From contig CAZSKK010000001.1 of NCBI GenBank assembly GCA_964607415.1, forward strand, positions 260,190-324,189: a stretch of 64,000 bases of DNA, written 5' to 3'. This DNA comes from an uncultured Candidatus Saccharibacteria bacterium. GTDB lineage: Bacteria > Patescibacteriota > Dojkabacteria > J137. The notes beneath the pieces are model-generated. The model did not search any database. It had not been told where the DNA came from and worked only from the letters and a program-made list of their open reading frames with translations. Made by a program: the position numbers and the translations under genes. How positions within the stretch are numbered: the stretch's first letter is position 1; the number at the start of each line of letters is the position of its first letter. Shown here one piece after another: positions 59,438-64,000 of the stretch.

Positions 59438-59713
59438 ATGACAATATTATTAGGCGCAGTAGGAGCTACAATCATTTTGATAGCATTTGTTGCATTACAA
59501 TTACATAAGCTAAAACAATCAGACCTTAATTATCACCTATTAAATCTTATTGGTAGCATAATTCTAATAATGTACGATATTCTACTTGAAAGTCTGCCGT
59601 TCCTCACTCTAAATACTATATGGGGTATTTCAGCTCTTTTCGGCGTAATAAAAATAATAAAAACTTACAAAAATTTAAGCTTAAAAAATCATCTGAGTAG
59701 CAAAACAAGTTAG
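59438..59713 (+). CDS. Small 3-TM protein (CBU_0592-like), paralog 1
   Basis: LIAF...YHLLNLIGS...PFLTLNTIW. Confidence 0.75.
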   Translation: MTILLGAVGATIILIAFVALQLHKLKQSDLNYHLLNLIGSIILIMYDILLESLPFLTLNTIWGISALFGVIKIIKTYKNLSLKNHLSSKTS

Positions 59714-59743
59714 AATAGAATAGATTACTTTTTAAGTTTTTAT

Positions 59744-59974
59744 ATGACTACTCTTGTTGGAACTTTTGGTGCTTTTCTTATTTTAATTGCTTTTATTTTG
59801 AATCAGTTTCATATATGGAAAGATACTGATTTTAAGTATGACTTACTAAATTTTTTGGGGAGTCTATTGCTGGTAACTTATGCTTTACTTTTGAAAAGTT
59901 ATCCTTTTATAATTCTAAACACTGTTTGGGGATTAATTTCGTTAAAAGACTTGATTACAAAGATAAAAAACTAA
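59744..59974 (+). CDS. Small 3-TM protein (CBU_0592-like), paralog 2
   Basis: LIAF...YDLLNFLGS...PFIILNTVW. Confidence 0.75.
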   Translation: MTTLVGTFGAFLILIAFILNQFHIWKDTDFKYDLLNFLGSLLLVTYALLLKSYPFIILNTVWGLISLKDLITKIKN

Positions 59975-59985
59975 ACTGTTCAGAT

Positions 59986-60013
59986 AAGAGGGCTGGCAAT
60001 AGCCAGCCCTCTT
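59986..60013. terminator. Bidirectional terminator hairpin
   Basis: AAGAGGGCTGGC/GCCAGCCCTCTT between convergent genes. Confidence 0.8.
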
Positions 60014-60022
60014 GTATAGCAC

Positions 60023-62749
60023 TTACTCTACAACCGCAAAGTTAATTCTCTTAAATAATCTCCCTCTTATTTCTCTTAATTTTTCAATTATTGAATAATA
60101 GGCAGGGAACGCTAAGATAACCAATATAACGCTTGAAATCAAACCAAAAATTATACTAAATGCTAGACTTTCCCAGAATGGTTCGGATAAAGCAAGCGGT
60201 AGTAATCCTACAATAGTAGTTGAAGATGTAGTAGCAATTGCTCTAAATCTGGATCTAACAGCTCCTGAAATTGATTCCCTGATACCTTTCCCTTCCTTTC
60301 TTGCTTGATTTGCAAAATCCATTAGAACAATTGTATTGTTTACAACTATTCCTGCAAGACCTATTACTCCAATCATTACAAAGAAGCTTAGTGGATTGTT
60401 GGTTATAAACAAACCTGGGAATAATCCAGGGAATGTTAATGGAATAGCAAACATTACAAGCATAGGCTGTGAAAATGAGTTAAACTGAATCACTAACAGT
60501 ACATATAAAAGAATCATTGTCGCGCCAAATGCAAAGATTGCTCCATAAAAAGATTCAAGGTTTTCACTTTCCTGACCTTTGTCAAACTCAATGGAATCAT
60601 CAGTTAAGTCAAGACTTGTTAATTTACCATTATCGTATTCATTTTTTATTCTATTTTCAATATCCAGAACTATTCTCGTATCTGTAGTATTTGAAAGCTT
60701 TGCCTTAACTTGAGCAAATCTTCTTCCATTGTTTTTTGATACTGTATCTAAATCAGTTACAAGAACTTCAGTAATATCTGTATCTGTAAAATCCGTATTT
60801 TTTAAGTACATTTCAAATTCTGAAGTTGCATTTTCTAAAATTAACTGACTATCTGAATATACTTGCATAAAAAACTGATAGTCTTCTTCTGGTGGGCCAA
60901 CACTGCTTGATGCAGGCTTAATCTGAGCATCTTTGAAGTCACCAAACTCATCTTTGAGTTTTTCTGTCATTTGCTTTGAAGTTATATCCCTTTCATCAAT
61001 TGGTGTTAATTCAATTGTAAGAAAAGCGCTGCTTTCGTTACCTTCAAAATATACAGCAGATTCAATATTTTCTTCACCAATTACTTTCACTGCTTTCTCT
61101 TCAATAGATTTTGCAATTGCTTCTGCTGAATCTATTTCAGTACCAGGATAATAATTAATTGCAATATTTAGTTGTTCAGAATCTTTCACTTCTGGAAAAA
61201 TATTAAATTCAAGTTTAGATGAAAAGCTAGCTCCTAAAACAACTAGCACTAATCCTAAAATTGCAATTGCGATTGTAAGCACTTTTTTCCCAAGATAAAA
61301 GTAAATCAGTTTATAAATCTGATCTCCCAACTTTTCTATAAGTCTTCCTGGTCCAAATGCAATACTATCTATAACCTTTGAAATACCCTTGTATTTCTTG
61401 CCTTCGTTTCTTTTTAAAATAATACCAGATAAAAATGGCATTATTGTAAGAGCTGTTATCAAAGAATAAAACAAGGTTAATATAACAGTGACAGGAATTA
61501 AATAAATAAACTCTCCCAAAATACCGCTAATAAATAGCATAGGCATAAATGCAAGAACTATAGCAATTGTTCCCGAAATATCTGCAGGCCCCACCTCACT
61601 GATGGCCTCTCTTATGGCATCCGTTCTTCTTTTCCCATCTCGAAGTTTTTTCTCTATTGCCTCAATCACAACCGTACCATCGTCTACCAAAAGACCCAGA
61701 ACAAGTATCAATGCAAATAACGTGATTACATTTAGTGTATTTCCCGTTAGGTACAAAGTAATGAAGGTTAAAGACATTACAGTTGGTATAAAAATAGCAG
61801 TAACTATAGAAGTTCTCCAGCTAATAAATATGAATGCAACAATAATAACAGCTAGAATTCCTTCAAGTGCATTTTGTTCCAAAGAAGAAATTTGGTCTTT
61901 AACGGATCCAGCAAAATCTCCTCCGTATGAAACATTATAGCCATCTAGCTTACCTTGTTCTTTTAAATCATTAATTTTGTGTTGTATTGCATCTGACAAT
62001 TCAATCACTCCTACATTTTCATTTTTTCTAACAACTCCTATGCTTACTGCAGGCTCAAAAATTACTTTACCTTCTTCATTTTTATAAGCAATTCTTTGGA
62101 AACTTGATTTAAAATCAAAAGTTTCTCCATTAGAATTGGTTTCTTGTGTTATTTGCTCAATAACTTCAGCAGATAAGACTTCTGGCAACTTCTCAATTTC
62201 TTTAACAATTTCGGCTGCTTTCACCTGCTGTTCTTGTATCAAGACACCGTTTGCCGAGCTCACTGTAAAAACCATATCATTCTTTCCATCAACTGAACTT
62301 GCATTGATTGATTGATAGTTCAACTCTATATTTGCAGGCAGTTTTAGAGAACTCTGGAGTTCGTTTTTTGCAAGTTTAATACCTTCCTCTGAAGTTAAAT
62401 CAGATGAAAATGTTACAAAAAAGTAAACTCCATTTTCAGTGGTTGTTGAGCTTACTTCTTCAACTTCTGATAAATTTGCAAGCGCGAGCTCTACAGGTCT
62501 TGTAATCAATTGATCGTTTTGGTCTGGAGTTTCAACAAAACTTCTAGTTGAAATTACACCCGCTGGAAACTGAACAGATGGAAAGCCATCTCTTTGTAGA
62601 AAAACTTGATAGGACAAAAGTCCAAATATCAAAATCCCTACGAAAATAAGAAAAGTTGATCTTGCATTTTTGGCAAATGCAAGACTTGTATTTGCAATCA
62701 TCGTTCGATAAGTGCCATACTCTTTCCTATTAGTCTTGTAATTAGACAT
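60023..62749 (-). CDS. AcrB/AcrD/AcrF family RND transporter
   Basis: GLLVDDGTVVIE, GIVVNNTIV and RFRAIATT, with two periplasmic-type domains. Confidence 0.9.
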   Translation of the reverse strand: MSNYKTNRKEYGTYRTMIANTSLAFAKNARSTFLIFVGILIFGLLSYQVFLQRDGFPSVQFPAGVISTRSFVETPDQNDQLITRPVELALANLSEVEEVSSTTTENGVYFFVTFSSDLTSEEGIKLAKNELQSSLKLPANIELNYQSINASSVDGKNDMVFTVSSANGVLIQEQQVKAAEIVKEIEKLPEVLSAEVIEQITQETNSNGETFDFKSSFQRIAYKNEEGKVIFEPAVSIGVVRKNENVGVIELSDAIQHKINDLKEQGKLDGYNVSYGGDFAGSVKDQISSLEQNALEGILAVIIVAFIFISWRTSIVTAIFIPTVMSLTFITLYLTGNTLNVITLFALILVLGLLVDDGTVVIEAIEKKLRDGKRRTDAIREAISEVGPADISGTIAIVLAFMPMLFISGILGEFIYLIPVTVILTLFYSLITALTIMPFLSGIILKRNEGKKYKGISKVIDSIAFGPGRLIEKLGDQIYKLIYFYLGKKVLTIAIAILGLVLVVLGASFSSKLEFNIFPEVKDSEQLNIAINYYPGTEIDSAEAIAKSIEEKAVKVIGEENIESAVYFEGNESSAFLTIELTPIDERDITSKQMTEKLKDEFGDFKDAQIKPASSSVGPPEEDYQFFMQVYSDSQLILENATSEFEMYLKNTDFTDTDITEVLVTDLDTVSKNNGRRFAQVKAKLSNTTDTRIVLDIENRIKNEYDNGKLTSLDLTDDSIEFDKGQESENLESFYGAIFAFGATMILLYVLLVIQFNSFSQPMLVMFAIPLTFPGLFPGLFITNNPLSFFVMIGVIGLAGIVVNNTIVLMDFANQARKEGKGIRESISGAVRSRFRAIATTSSTTIVGLLPLALSEPFWESLAFSIIFGLISSVILVILAFPAYYSIIEKLREIRGRLFKRINFAVVE

Positions 62750-62826
62750 AAAGAAATTGTAAAAAATAATGTAAAGAAAACCTTAAAATTTTAAAACTCT
62801 AAAAATTATAAGACAATTTAGAAGAA

Positions 62827-63261
62827 TTAAGTTTTGATATAATCATTAATATTTTTAATTAAATTATCCAGTTGGTTTTCAAAAGATGAAACTTTAACCT
62901 TATTCTTGCCATTAAGAATTTTGCTTACAAATTCACCCTCCAAAAAAGTTACTAGATCCATTGCAGTTTTTTTCCCTTTTTCTGTGAGCTTAATTTTTTT
63001 AAATCTTCTATCTTCTTTTGATTCAATTGATGTTATTAAGCCTTTCTTTTCCAGGCTAAGAATAATTCTGCTCACCATTCCTTTACTTAATCCGCACCAG
63101 TTAGTTAACTGTGTTTGACTTGTATCAGGTTCCTTAAATAAACAAATAAGAATACTGAAACTTGTGTAATCAAGGCCAAATTTCTTTTTTACAAGTTCGT
63201 TTGCAAGCTTATCCATTGAATGAACAATGTTATGTAGTTTATGTGTAATAAAATCATGCAT
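62827..63261 (-). CDS. MarR family transcriptional regulator
   Basis: wHTH with VSRIILSLEKKGLI...EDRRFKKIKLTEKG. Confidence 0.9.
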   Translation of the reverse strand: MHDFITHKLHNIVHSMDKLANELVKKKFGLDYTSFSILICLFKEPDTSQTQLTNWCGLSKGMVSRIILSLEKKGLITSIESKEDRRFKKIKLTEKGKKTAMDLVTFLEGEFVSKILNGKNKVKVSSFENQLDNLIKNINDYIKT

Positions 63262-63265
63262 AGAT

Positions 63266-63289
63266 AAATAGTTTACCAGTAAACTATTT
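63266..63289. promoter_or_regulatory. Probable MarR operator
   Basis: Perfect inverted repeat AAATAGTTTAC-CA-GTAAACTATTT just upstream of the marR start. Confidence 0.7.
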
Positions 63290-63887
63290 GGTTGTAAATG
63301 GAAATTTCATTATGTTGGAAAGTTAAAAGGTCTAAATTTTAAAACGTTCTAGTCTTTAAGCCTTATAACAATAGAACAAATCACAATTCTAAAATCAAGA
63401 AATCTACATTAAATAAAATTTTTCTACTCAGAATATACAATGTTGTCAGTTAAGCACTTATAAGCAAGTAAAGTTCTGTCCAAAACTTCTGGAAAACACA
63501 CCAATACTTTTACTAATATATTGAATTTTCAGTTTTTAACCTATAGTTGTAGAGTAGTTCTCAATTGTTGACAACATTTTGTCTTTCTTTTAGACTTGAA
63601 ATAGATTCAAAAGAAGAAAAGCCTCGAAACTTTTACTGCCACTTTTTAATTCAAAAAAACTGACTATTTTTTTGAATTTACAAAATTTTCAAAGAAGAAA
63701 TATAAAGGAAGACTCTGGTTATATTTTTTGCATAGAAATTGGTTCGCGTACTAAATTCTTGCTAAAAAATTCTTCCTGCAATAAATTCCATTAAAGTGAG
63801 TACGTTCTCTGTCATTATGCACGCATTTATAACTAACCTAAAGTTTTAGCTAAAAAAGCTATGTATTTTAGTTGTTAAAAACAATCA

Positions 63888-64000
63888 ATGGAAAATTTAC
63901 CTAAAGAAAACAATTGGCAAACTACAATATTGGAAAGTGCCTATAAACTTATTCCTATAATTAGTAGAATGCCAAACCTTAAAGGTTATTTTGCCGCTGC
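63888..64000 (+). CDS. 5' part of a hypothetical protein running out of the window
   Basis: ATG at 63888, open to the window end (MENLPKENNWQ...). Confidence 0.4.
   Translation, partial: MENLPKENNWQTTILESAYKLIPIISRMPNLKGYFAA

Noticed and set aside
51726-60013. Integrative island or prophage at tRNA-Ser
   Set aside because: No integrase, phage genes or duplicated tRNA 3' end found in the window.
3345-63118. Numerous short ORFs antisense to or nested in long genes (e.g. 3345, 7285, 10187, 22143, 28128, 36737, 41494, 54875, 61602, 62906)
   Set aside because: They overlap well-supported CDSs, carry no motifs, and are expected shadow ORFs.
63290-63887. Long AT-rich intergenic region as replication origin
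   Set aside because: No clustered DnaA boxes seen and no dnaA/dnaN nearby.

Overview
AT-rich bacterial chromosomal segment read with the standard code. Gene content and style (monoderm-type surface proteins, many orphan ORFs, housekeeping genes such as rnpA, gatC and pheS outside their usual operons) suggest a Patescibacteria/CPR genome; this assignment is an inference. The window holds about 65 CDSs, tRNA-Gln(CTG) and tRNA-Ser(GGA), DNA-repair genes (UvrD-type helicase-nuclease, mfd, uvrA, Smr), RNA/tRNA metabolism genes and a variable small-gene region at 43-60 kb. No CRISPR array, rRNA, integrase or IS transposase was seen. Main observations: (1) a small GIY-YIG nuclease gene bracketed by inverted copies of a dispersed TGTCAT-tagged palindromic repeat, with a truncated gene abutting one end, a candidate REP/nuclease mobile system; (2) two further palindromic repeat families, inserted in-frame in uvrA, mfd and the pheS linker; (3) an AlaX editing domain fused to a PheRS-alpha with a remodelled amino-acid pocket; (4) two paralogous RNAP alpha-CTD-like proteins between a C-terminally truncated mfd and uvrA; (5) a pyrophosphatase with a metallothionein-like tail; (6) a sortase-like protein with Ser at the catalytic Cys position. 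The supplied ORF track mislabels 14648..16015 as +; it reads on the - strand.
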